The notes under the pieces: generated by a model
Database searches by the model: none
What the model was told of the DNA's origin: nothing
The model's input: the letters and a program-made list of their open reading frames with translations, nothing else
Position numbers and translations under genes: made by a program
Shown: piece after piece, positions 10,899-19,178 of the stretch
How the letters are laid out: every line of letters starts with the position of its first letter
Numbering within the stretch: the first letter of the stretch is position 1
NCBI GenBank assembly: GCA_963788655.1
Contig: CAWBHS010000015.1
Span: 1-29,634 of the forward strand
Source: an uncultured Verrucomicrobiae bacterium
GTDB taxonomy: Bacteria > Verrucomicrobiota > Verrucomicrobiia > Limisphaerales > JAFGQR01
DNA: 29,634 bases
Direction of reading: 5' to 3'

Positions 10899-11760
10899 GT
10901 GCAATCTTTGTCAGGTTATCGGTTGGTGCAGTTGGCCAATGGCGTCTTTAGCGTCCATTCGACCGCTTTCCGCGAAACGTTTCACCCGGTCGTCGGCCCG
11001 GTGGCGGAAGCGGAGGCTCTGTACGTGCGCCAACTTGCGTTGCCCGAACGCGTGCGGCGCCAGGATGGCGAGTTTGTGATTTGGGACGTGGGTCTGGGGG
11101 CTGCCGCCAATCCGCTGACGGTGCTGCGAGCCCTTCGAGAGCTTCCGGGCAAGCTACGGATCGTGAGTTTCGATGCCACGCTCGAACCGTTGCGCTTTGC
11201 CCTGGAGCATGCGGACGCCCTGGGATATATGGGCGACTACCAGGCTGCGCTGGGGACCTTGCTGGCGGAACGACAAGTGCAGTTCAAGGATGGTCAGCAG
11301 TCGATAACTTGGTCGGTGCAATTGGGAGGATTTCCCGGCATTGCTGGCGGACGCTCGCAGTGTGACGCTCCCCCAGCCGCATGCGATTTTGTATGATGCG
11401 TATTCGCCCGCCTCGAATCCGGCGATGTGGACGGCGCCATTGTTCGCCAACCTTTACCGTCTGCTCGATCCACAGCGTCCGTGCGCCCTGGCCACTTATT
11501 CCCGCAGTACGCTGTTGCGAGCGACGTTGCTGGTGGCAGGTTTTTTTGTCGGTGCCGGCCATGCGACCGGGGAAAAAGAAGAGACGACGATCGCCGCCAA
11601 CACCCTGGCACTGATCGCCGAACCGCTGGACCGGCGTTGGCTCGGACGCGCCCGGCGTTCGACCAGTGCGGAGCCGCTCGCCGAACCGGCGTACCGGCAA
11701 GCGCGGTTGTCACCCGCGACGTGGGAAAAACTGCGGGAGCATCCGCAGTTTCAGCCGTAG
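10899..11760 (+). CDS. MnmC-family (methyltransferase domain only) SAM-dependent methyltransferase; apparent +1 indel near 11327; start uncertain
   Basis: 'ETFHP..GPVAEAEALYV', SAM motif 'IWDVGLGAAAN', 'ILYDAYSPASNPAMWT', 'LATYS' and 'GFFVG.G..TGEKEETT'. Confidence 0.75.
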
Positions 11761-12179
11761 CGATAGGGCGCTGACAGTTGGAAAGTGTTGGGCAAGTGCC
11801 GTATTTCCGTGACCACGCCATTCCCCAACAAGACCTCCACAATGTCGAAGCGGATTTTGACCGGCGGATTCTTGAGCCGTTTGAGATAGTCGAGCGCCGT
11901 TTGCGAGAGCAGGCGGCGCTTGCGGGCGTTCACCGCGGCGGCGGGACGCGTCCAATCCTCTGAAGACCGGGTTTTGACTTCCACAAACACCAGGCAATCC
12001 TGGTCGCGAAATACCAAGTCGATTTCTCCGCGAGCGGATTTGAAGTTGGCGGTCAGAAACTTGAGGCCAAGTTTCCGCAAGTGTTTCCGGGCCGCCCGTT
12101 CCCCCAATTGGCCGCGTTGCAGGTGGATGGGCATTTCCCTGGGCTTCCACCAAGCCAGCAGCCGTTCACGAAGATTCAT
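11751..12179 (-). CDS. yraN: YraN (UPF0102) family putative endonuclease
   Basis: 'GQLGERAARKHL', 'NFKSARGEIDLV', 'VFVEVKTR' and 'IRFDIVEV'; lies downstream of rnhB, a common arrangement. Confidence 0.9.
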   Translation of the reverse strand: MNLRERLLAWWKPREMPIHLQRGQLGERAARKHLRKLGLKFLTANFKSARGEIDLVFRDQDCLVFVEVKTRSSEDWTRPAAAVNARKRRLLSQTALDYLKRLKNPPVKIRFDIVEVLLGNGVVTEIRHLPNTFQLSAPYRYG

Positions 12180-12223
12180 AATCGCCTTGTTTCCATCATT
12201 CACCTAAGCCCCACCACCAATCC

Positions 12224-12301
12224 CACATCCGTTATCCAGCATCCGTTATCCAGGCATCCGGCATCCGGCATCCGGCATCCGGCATCCGGCATCCGGCATC
12301 T
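12224..12301. repeat. Heptamer tandem repeat: (GGCATCC)x6 plus one partial copy, preceded by 4 degenerate NNNATCC units
   Basis: CACATCC GTTATCC AGCATCC GTTATCC A (GGCATCC)6 GGCATCT read directly. Confidence 0.95.
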
Positions 12302-12319
12302 CACATTCCACCTCCCTCC

Positions 12320-12983
12320 TCAGAACAACTCTTGTTCGCGTGGCCGAAACGGAGAAAAACTCAGCCGATGTATCGAACACGGTCCATGCTGGGCCAACGC
12401 GGCCAGGTGTCGGGGGGTGCCGTAGCCTTTGTGCTCGGCAAAGCCGTAAGCGGGCCATTGCCGGTCAAATTCCAACATCAAACGGTCGCGCGTTACCTTG
12501 GCCAGCACACTGGCAGCGGCAATGGTATAACTGCGGGCATCGCCCTGGACAATGGCGGTATGGTCGAAACGAAGGGATGGCACGCGCGTACCGTCCACCA
12601 GCACCTGTTCCGGTTCCGGTCGCAGGTCGAGCAAGGCGGCGTTCATGGCACGATGCGTTGCTTGGAGAATGTTGATTTGGTCCACCATCTCGGCCTCCAC
12701 CTGCGCAATGGCGAAGCGGACCAGTTCGTGAGTCGTCAGCACAGCGAAGAATTGCTCCCGTTGCTGCCGCGGTCAGTTGTTTGGAATCGTTCAACCCGCA
12801 CAGGTCGTGGGGCAATCCGGTTTCCAGCCATCCGTTCGGCAGCATCACGGCCGCGGCTACGACCGGTCCGGCCAACGGCCCGCGGCCCGCTTCATCGACC
12901 CCCGCGACGAGGGTGCAGCCGTTTTGCCACAGCGGACGCTCGAACTGGAACCGGTCGCCTTTACTTTTTGCAACTCTCGCCAT
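12320..12983 (-). CDS. rnhB: Ribonuclease HII; apparent indel near 12767
   Basis: [50 protein letters not shown] and IHRLSF across two frames. Confidence 0.95.
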
Positions 12984-13065
12984 GCTGATTTCCTGCGCAG
13001 AGCTTAATGAGCGCATGTTTGCGGGCCAATACAAAACGTAACGACCGGCGAGGGAAACAAAGGAA

Positions 13066-13149
13066 AATGACCAATGTCCAAGTTTCAATCCGGGATCTAG
13101 AGCGCCCACCGTTCGTCAACCGAGCCTCGGGGATTGGTCATTGGACATT
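13066..13149. repeat. Inverted pair of heptamer doublets (AATGACC/AATGTCC)
   Basis: AATGACCAATGTCCAA at 13066-13081 and TTGGTCATTGGACATT at 13134-13149. Confidence 0.65.
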
Positions 13150-13228
13150 CTTGAGGCGTAACGTTCCAAACCGTCTGCGAGACGCTTGTGTGTTGTTTTT
13201 CTCCGTGCTGGAATGGTGCGCGCCAATT

Positions 13229-13374
13229 GTCGCGCCAGCGTTTGGAGTGCGTCCGGCTTGCCGGCGCTTTCGGATTGGGGCGACAGGTCAAACCACGCAC
13301 GCTCGTTGACTAGATCGGCCCAGCTACCAACGAAAGCGGGAGCAAGCTCCACGCACTCCAAACGCTGGCGCGAC
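13229..13374. repeat. REPIN-like inverted doublet (GGAG-type REP, family C)
   Basis: Perfect 24-bp inverted repeat GTCGCGCCAGCGTTTGGAGTGCGT (13229-13252 / 13351-13374), extending imperfectly to ~44 bp; each arm has an internal hairpin. Confidence 0.85.
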
Positions 13375-13453
13375 TTTCAAAACCACGTAATAAGACCAAC
13401 ACACCGTAACCTCCAGGCACCAATCTGGGCTTGAGCGCCTTCCGCTCGCCAAC

Positions 13454-13507
13454 TGGTCATTGGCCATGGGGCATTCTCTGGGCCTTGGTCATTGGGCCTT
13501 GGTCCTT
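13454..13507. repeat. Degenerate TTGGTCA/TTGGNCN heptamer tract
   Basis: TGGTCA TTGGCCA TGGGGCA ... TGGGCC TTGGTCA TTGGGCC TTGGTCC TT. Confidence 0.65.
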
Positions 13508-13631
13508 CTTGAATATTCTGTCGCAGAAATGAAGGCGAGGCGCATGCGGTGCGTCCAAATGGCAGAATCGTGGAAAATTAGAAAATTAAGTGGAAATCGA
13601 AGCCCGGGTTGGGCATGCTGTGCGGAATATT

Positions 13632-15009
13632 ATGGAACACGAAAAGAATCAAACTCAGGTCGATTTGACACGTCGATCCTTTCTGAAGACCAGCTCATTT
13701 GCCACCTTTGCAGCGTTGATGGGAGGCGTCCCCTTGCGCGCCGCCGAAGCCGAAGCGGGCGCCGAAACCGGGACCAAAAGCGCCGCGGCGCCACCGCTCA
13801 ATTTCGGCATCATCGGCTGTGGCCAGCGCGGTCGCGATATTTTGAAAACGCTGGCAACGATGCCGAATGCACCGCTGGTGGCGGTTTGCGACACATACGA
13901 GCCCTACGTCAAACGAGCCAAACGCACCGCTCCGGATGCCAAGATCTACACGGATCACCACGAATTGCTAAAAGACGACAAGGTCCAAGGGGTGGTAGTG
14001 GCCACGCCCACCCACCTGCACAAGGACATTGTGATCGAGGCGATGAAAGCGGGCAAACACGTCTATTGCGAAATGCCGCTGGCCCATACCGTTGAAGACG
14101 CGCGCGCCATCGCACAGGCCGCCCACAAAGCCTATAAAGTCAATTTTCAAGCGGGCTTGGCGTACCGCTCCGACCCGCAGCGTCATCACGTGTGGAAGAG
14201 CATCCGACAAGGCACCATTGGCAAGCCGGTCATGGCCCGGGCGCAATGGTTCAAGAAGACCAGTTTGCGCCGCACCTCCGCCAGCCCCGAACAGGAGAAA
14301 TTGCTTAACTGGCGGCTGGACCGCTCGACCTCGACCGGGCTCATTGGCGAAATCGGTATTAACCAGTTGGACATGGTTAGTTTCTACATGAACTCGCGGC
14401 CACTTTCAGTGACCGGTTTTGGCAGCCTCATCGCGTGGGACAAGGATGGCCGGGACGTGCCGGACACCATCCAAACCATCTTCGAATACCCACAACGGTG
14501 TCCGGCTGGTTTTTGACATCACGCTCGCCAATTCCTACAACAGCGAATATGAGGTTTATTACGGCACGGACAGCGCCGTGATGGTGCGCGGCAACCAGGC
14601 CTGGATGTTCAAGGAGGTGGACGCGCCCCTGCTCGGTTGGGAAGTTTATGCCCGCAAAGATGCCTTCTACAAAGAAACCGGCATCGTGATGATGGCCAAT
14701 GCCACCAAGCTGGTTGCTCAGACCAAGGCAGGCGGCGAACTGCCGCCCACCGAGGCGCCACTGTACAAGTCCATGGAAGCCTTCATCACCAATTCCGGAA
14801 AGTACGGCGATGCCGTGGAAGACTTCATTGGTAACTTTGGTGACGACGAAAAAGCCTTGCGTGATTACCTTCCGTCCGCCATGGCGAACAAGCTGGCGGC
14901 GGCGGACTACAAAACCGGTTTCGAGGCCACCGTGACCGTCATCAAAGCCAACGAAGCCATCCTGGCCGGCGAGAAACTGAAGTTCCAGCCGGAATGGTAT
15001 CAATTGTAG
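13632..15009 (+). CDS. Tat-exported Gfo/Idh/MocA family oxidoreductase; apparent +1 indel near 14492
   Basis: Tat motif LTRRSFLK; GIIGCGQRG; VVVATPTHLH; AGKHVYCEMPL; frame join gives FEYPNGVRLVFD. Confidence 0.92.
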
Positions 15010-15079
15010 TGGAACCGAAATTCACAGATTTGCCAAACAAGAAGCAAAACAACAGAACACAGATCAACCAAAACCATTT

Positions 15080-15778
15080 ATGAAATCATTCTTTAAACAA
15101 ATCGGACGGGCGGCCTGGATCCTTGGCCTGCGATTAAACCGACGCCACCTGATGGCGCTGGTCGCCGTGGGGTTGGCCACCCAACTTCAGGCCCAAACCA
15201 TGACCGGGTATAAGCAAACCCTGCCGGGCAAAGGCAGCAAGTGCAAAATCTCGGGCACCTCAACCGTTCACGACTGGTCGATGGAATCGCCGATCATCAT
15301 CGGCAACTTCGAGGTGGACTCGAAAGTGAACTTTGACACTTCCAAAGCCAGCTTGGAAGGCCTCACGAATGGCAAACTGTCGGCCAAAGCCGATGTCCGC
15401 ATTCCGGTGCGCACGCTGAAAAGCGAATTCGCCCGCATGGACGAGGTGTACAAGCAGCACATGGATGAGCGCAAATTTCGGAACATGGAATACAAACTGA
15501 AGGAACTGACCCTGAAGAAAGGCGAGCATGCCGCCGGCAAACCGTTTGAGTTCGACAGCAAAGGCGATCTCACGATCCACGGCGTAACAAAGGCCATCGA
15601 AATCCCCGTGCAGATTGAACCCGATAAGGACAAAATGCTGAAGATATCGGGCAAGACTACGCTCAAGATGAGTGATTACAGTGTGTCTCCACCGAATCCT
15701 AAAATCCCGGGAATAGGTGAAATCAAGACCGGCGACGAAATCACCGTTGAGTTTGACTGGGTGGTGCAGCCGAAGTAA
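15080..15778 (+). CDS. YceI family lipid/polyisoprenoid-binding protein
   Basis: Signal-like N-terminus; 'ISGTSTVHDW', 'IPVRTLKS', 'GDLTIHGVTKAI', 'KMSDYSVSPP' and 'TGDEITVEF'. Confidence 0.88.
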   Translation: MKSFFKQIGRAAWILGLRLNRRHLMALVAVGLATQLQAQTMTGYKQTLPGKGSKCKISGTSTVHDWSMESPIIIGNFEVDSKVNFDTSKASLEGLTNGKLSAKADVRIPVRTLKSEFARMDEVYKQHMDERKFRNMEYKLKELTLKKGEHAAGKPFEFDSKGDLTIHGVTKAIEIPVQIEPDKDKMLKISGKTTLKMSDYSVSPPNPKIPGIGEIKTGDEITVEFDWVVQPK

Positions 15779-15836
15779 GCGTCGGCAGTTTAACCAAACC
15801 TTGCTTCATCGTCTGGCGGGAGCGAAGGGATTTTCA

Positions 15837-15874
15837 AAACACCGCAACCGACACCGGTTGCGGTGTTTCTTTTT
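15837..15874 (+). terminator. Rho-independent terminator after YceI gene
   Basis: AAACACCGCAACCG-acac-CGGTTGCGGTGTTT followed by CTTTTT. Confidence 0.85.
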
Positions 15875-15892
15875 AGGGAAAGGCCGTTCCCC

Positions 15893-16135
15893 GCAGCGTG
15901 CTGCCGGCGTCTCGCCGGAAGAGACGGAAGCAAGCGCGGCATGCATGCGACTGGAGGGCTGTAATTCGGAGCGGGCCGTTCCAAACTGCCGGCAGGATGC
16001 CGGCAGCACGTTCGGCAGCGTGCTTCTGGCGTCCCGCCGGAAGGAACGAGTGCCAGGGCCGGCATGCATGCGACTGGAGGGCTGTAATTCGGAGCGGACC
16101 GTTCCAAACTGCCGGCAGGATGCCGGCAGCACGTT
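15893..16135. repeat. Tandem array of two REPIN-like units (family A, four REPs, ~123-bp period)
   Basis: REP consensus CGTGCTGCCGGCRTCYYGCCGGCAG in alternating orientation; 15937-16012 and 16060-16135 are identical except for one base. Confidence 0.92.
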
Positions 16136-16141
16136 AAATCG

Positions 16142-16327
16142 TATCTGCTGCAAATCAATCACCCCAAGACCCGCTTCGGCCAGCCGCCGCAGGTGATTGT
16201 CGCCTGGGAACGGGGCGTATCCATGGGCCACTTGCAGATCAAAGCCCATCACGACCGTGGCGATTGGCGCGCCGCTTAAGTTTGGCCAACGAGATCATGA
16301 CATTGGCTTGATCGAAACGTTGGTTTT
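16142..16327 (-). pseudogene. Internally deleted remnant of a DUF362-domain gene
   Basis: Minus strand encodes 'NQRFDQANVMISLAKLK' (central DUF362 motif), followed in another frame by 'IATVVMGFDLQVAHGYAPFPGDNHLRRLAEAGLGVIDLQQI' (DUF362 C-terminal motif). There is no start or N-terminal half. Confidence 0.6.
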
Positions 16328-16511
16328 CGGCCTTCGGCCTTCGTTTTTTCAATCGGGAGCCGACGGGCCGCGCGCGAAAAGGACCGGCGAAAAGGATTGC
16401 CAAACGGCTGGTTTACCTCATTATCTTAACTTTGCTTCCAGCAGAGACGAAGCAATGAAAAATGGTAACGTTGCCAGAATCGATAACCGTCCATCAAATT
16501 GGAACCTGATT

Positions 16512-17498
16512 ATGCCACAGAACCTTGCCCGCCGCAGCTTCCTCAAGAAATCCCTGGTCGCTTCGGTCATCGCCCCCCTGGCCTTCAGCCGGGAAGAACA
16601 TGCGTTATTGGCCGGCGAGCCAGCGCGATCCGTCGCTCCCGCTCCTCCGTCCAGTGCCGTAAGAATGCCGACCGGCAAGATTGGCAAATTGGAAATCAGC
16701 CGGTTGATTTGCGGCGGCAATCTCATCAGCGGCTACGCGCACAGCCGGGATTTGATTTACATGTCCCGATTGCTCAAGACGTATTTCTCCGACGAAAAAA
16801 TCATGGAGACGTGGTCCTTGAGCGAACAGCACGGTATCAATACCATGATTTGTTACCCGGGCGACCCGCACGCGGTCGAGGTATATAAGAAATATCGTGC
16901 CCAGGGAGGGCGGATCCAATATCTGGCGCAGATCGGGGTGGAGAAGACTGATTTGAAAACGCCCGTCAAACAAGCGGTGGACAGCGGCGCTTGCGGAGCG
17001 TTCCTCGTGGGCAACCAGGGGGACCAATGGACCCGCGAGGGTTCCGTGGGGCTCATTGGCGAATTGATTTCCATCATCAAGGATCACGGCTTGATCGCCG
17101 GCGTCGCCGGGCATGAAATTCGCACGCCCATGACCGTGGAAAAAGCCGGCATCGAACCGGATTTCTATATGAAGACTCTGCACAGCATGGACTATTGGTC
17201 GCGGCGGCAACCCGACCAGAACAAGGAGGTCATCGACAACTACGGCACCGACAACTATTGGTGCATGGATCCGGAAGATACCATCGCGCACATGCGCAGC
17301 ATCAAACGGCCCTGGCTGGCTTACAAGGTGCTGGCCGCCGGCGCGATCCATCCGCGCGAAGGATTCCGTCATGCCTTTGAAAACGGTGCCGACTTTGCCG
17401 TCGTCGGCATGTTCGATTTCCAAGTGGCTGAGGACGCCGCGGTGGCCAGCCAAATCCTGGCTTCATCCTTGAACCGCCAGCGTGCCTGGCTGGCTTAA
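16512..17498 (+). CDS. Tat-exported protein with aldo/keto-reductase-like TIM-barrel fold, function unknown
   Basis: Tat motif LARRSFLKK; 'MPTGKIGKLEISRLICGGN', 'GINT', 'GVAGH', 'KRPWLAYKVLAAG' and 'VVGMFDFQV'. Confidence 0.75.
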   Translation: MPQNLARRSFLKKSLVASVIAPLAFSREEHALLAGEPARSVAPAPPSSAVRMPTGKIGKLEISRLICGGNLISGYAHSRDLIYMSRLLKTYFSDEKIMETWSLSEQHGINTMICYPGDPHAVEVYKKYRAQGGRIQYLAQIGVEKTDLKTPVKQAVDSGACGAFLVGNQGDQWTREGSVGLIGELISIIKDHGLIAGVAGHEIRTPMTVEKAGIEPDFYMKTLHSMDYWSRRQPDQNKEVIDNYGTDNYWCMDPEDTIAHMRSIKRPWLAYKVLAAGAIHPREGFRHAFENGADFAVVGMFDFQVAEDAAVASQILASSLNRQRAWLA

Positions 17499-17661
17499 GG
17501 TTCAGCCAACGAGGCGTTTTTGAGCGGATAAGGGAAGGCGCGCGAGGTTCGTTCGCGCAAATGGAACAGCGGTAGAGGACTACCGCAGTCCATAACTGCT
17601 TCGCGAATACTGAAGCTACGTTAACGCTGATTTACGACGGAGAAACTGATTTGCTGTCGGG

Positions 17662-18537
17662 CTAGCCTTTCAGCGCCGCAATAAACTGCTTCATCGCGGG
17701 CGAAAGCACTTTGTTCTTCTTATGAATCGCCGCGATGGGGCGGGTCAAGTCGCTGTCATCGATCTTGGCTTCGGACAGCGTGTTTTTGCTGATTTCCTGC
17801 GCCACGGTGTTACGGGGCAAGATCGTCACGCCAGCATCGATTTCCACCGCCCGCTTGACGGTTTCGATGTTATCAAACTCCATGGCCACCTGCACATTGA
17901 CACCTTTGTCGCGCAGAATCTTGTCCAAGGCTTTGCGCGTGGGAATGTCGGATTCAAACGCAATGAACTTTTGCCCCGAAATTTCTTTCAGCTTGATGCT
18001 TTTTGCCTTGGCGAGCGGATTGTGCGGGCTGCAGACGAACACCAGCGGTTCTTTGCGTAGGGGCACGATTTCCAGCTTCGAGTCCCGCACTGGATAGGCC
18101 ACCAATCCCAGGTCCACCACATTGCCCAGCACATCTTCATAAACCTGGTTCGCCCGGCGATATTCGACATGCACATTGACGGTGGGATACGTCTTCAGGA
18201 ACTTCTTAAGGTAAGTGGGCAGATCGTGCAAACCGATGCTGTAGATCGTGGCGACGCGAATCGTCCCGGAGATGATGTCTTTGATCTCCTGCAATTTGTT
18301 GAACAGCGACTCGTACGTCTGAATGATCTGCTTGCTGTAGTCATACAGGACCTGCCCTTCGCGCGTCAGCCGAAACTTCTTTTTGCTACGCTCGATAAGC
18401 AGCGATTTGAACAAACGCTCCAGGGAGCTGATTTGCTGGCTGACCGCCGATTGCGTTACGCCGTTAATCTGCGCGGCCTTGGTGAAACTTTCCGTTTCCG
18501 ATAGGTCACAAAAGACTTTTAGACTTTCAATTTGCAT
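17662..18537 (-). CDS. LysR family transcriptional regulator
   Basis: HTH 'SFTKAAQINGVTQSAVSQQISSLE...LIERSKKKFRLTREG' plus substrate-binding domain; 291 aa. Confidence 0.96.
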   Translation of the reverse strand: MQIESLKVFCDLSETESFTKAAQINGVTQSAVSQQISSLERLFKSLLIERSKKKFRLTREGQVLYDYSKQIIQTYESLFNKLQEIKDIISGTIRVATIYSIGLHDLPTYLKKFLKTYPTVNVHVEYRRANQVYEDVLGNVVDLGLVAYPVRDSKLEIVPLRKEPLVFVCSPHNPLAKAKSIKLKEISGQKFIAFESDIPTRKALDKILRDKGVNVQVAMEFDNIETVKRAVEIDAGVTILPRNTVAQEISKNTLSEAKIDDSDLTRPIAAIHKKNKVLSPAMKQFIAALKG

Positions 18538-18549
18538 ATATTAGGGATG

Positions 18550-18579
18550 AGATTAGCCCGAACCCGGAATGGATGTCAA
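18550..18579 (-). promoter_or_regulatory. Putative sigma70 promoter of the LysR gene (very short leader)
   Basis: Minus strand TTGACA-N18-TAATCT, ending 12 nt before the ATG; an AT-rich tract lies upstream (18585-18615). Confidence 0.45.
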
Positions 18580-18770
18580 TTCACCTTATTAATTTTGTTT
18601 GCATAAATACTTTTGGGCTTTCCATTTCGCCCTTTTGAAAGGCGATGGCCGTCAAAAATCAGCGATGCATACCCCGCCCAGCGAAAGGGCACCGTCGGTT
18701 ACCAAGTCGCTGGGACGGTGGGCTTATGGCCTAAAGAAGGTGGCATATTGAGCCAAAACAGACCAACCGA

Positions 18771-19178
18771 TCAAGGAACGGATGGCGGCACGATGGTAAA
18801 TGGATTCGGAAGCAAGTCATTAATGGTAAATTGCTTAACTATGGATGGATGCTGGCTGTCCGCCACCCAAACGGTTGCCTTGGGAGCGTATTCAACCAGC
18901 AATTGCCGGCAGGCGCCACAAGGCATCGGTCCCCCCTCGGCCCGGGCGACCACCGCGATCGCCGTGAACTCGGATTCCCCCTCGCTCAGCGCTTTGAACA
19001 GGGCCACCCGTTCGGCACAACAAGTCAGCCCGTAGCTGGCGCTTTCCACATTAGCGCCGGAAAATATTCGGCCCGAAACCGTCCGCAAAGCCGCCCCAAC
19101 CGGGAAACCCGAATAAGGCGCCACCGCTCGCCGGCGGGCCTGACACGCAGCCTCGATCAACTGCTGTTTAGCGGTCAT
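18771..19178 (-). CDS. cdd: Cytidine deaminase (homotetrameric type)
   Basis: APYSGFPVGAAL, GANVESASYGLTCCAERVAL and PCGACRQ; start overlaps the end of the upstream PNP gene. Confidence 0.95.
   Translation of the reverse strand: MTAKQQLIEAACQARRRAVAPYSGFPVGAALRTVSGRIFSGANVESASYGLTCCAERVALFKALSEGESEFTAIAVVARAEGGPMPCGACRQLLVEYAPKATVWVADSQHPSIVKQFTINDLLPNPFTIVPPSVP

Noticed and set aside
12246..12458. ORFs with PDAGCRM / HPASGIR repeats
   Set aside because: Translation products of the GGCATCC heptamer tract, not proteins.
15717..16196. CRISPR array, or repeat-containing proteins (ORFs 15717..16196, 15790..16158)
   Set aside because: Repeats alternate in orientation, the 'spacers' are near-identical and no cas genes are present; this is a REP array and the ORFs are incidental.
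18677..18720. HDV-like/theta ribozyme or SAM-II/guanidine-III riboswitch
   Set aside because: Lacks the P3/L3, P1.1 and catalytic J4/2 elements and the conserved ligand-binding nucleotides; kept only as an unassigned structure.
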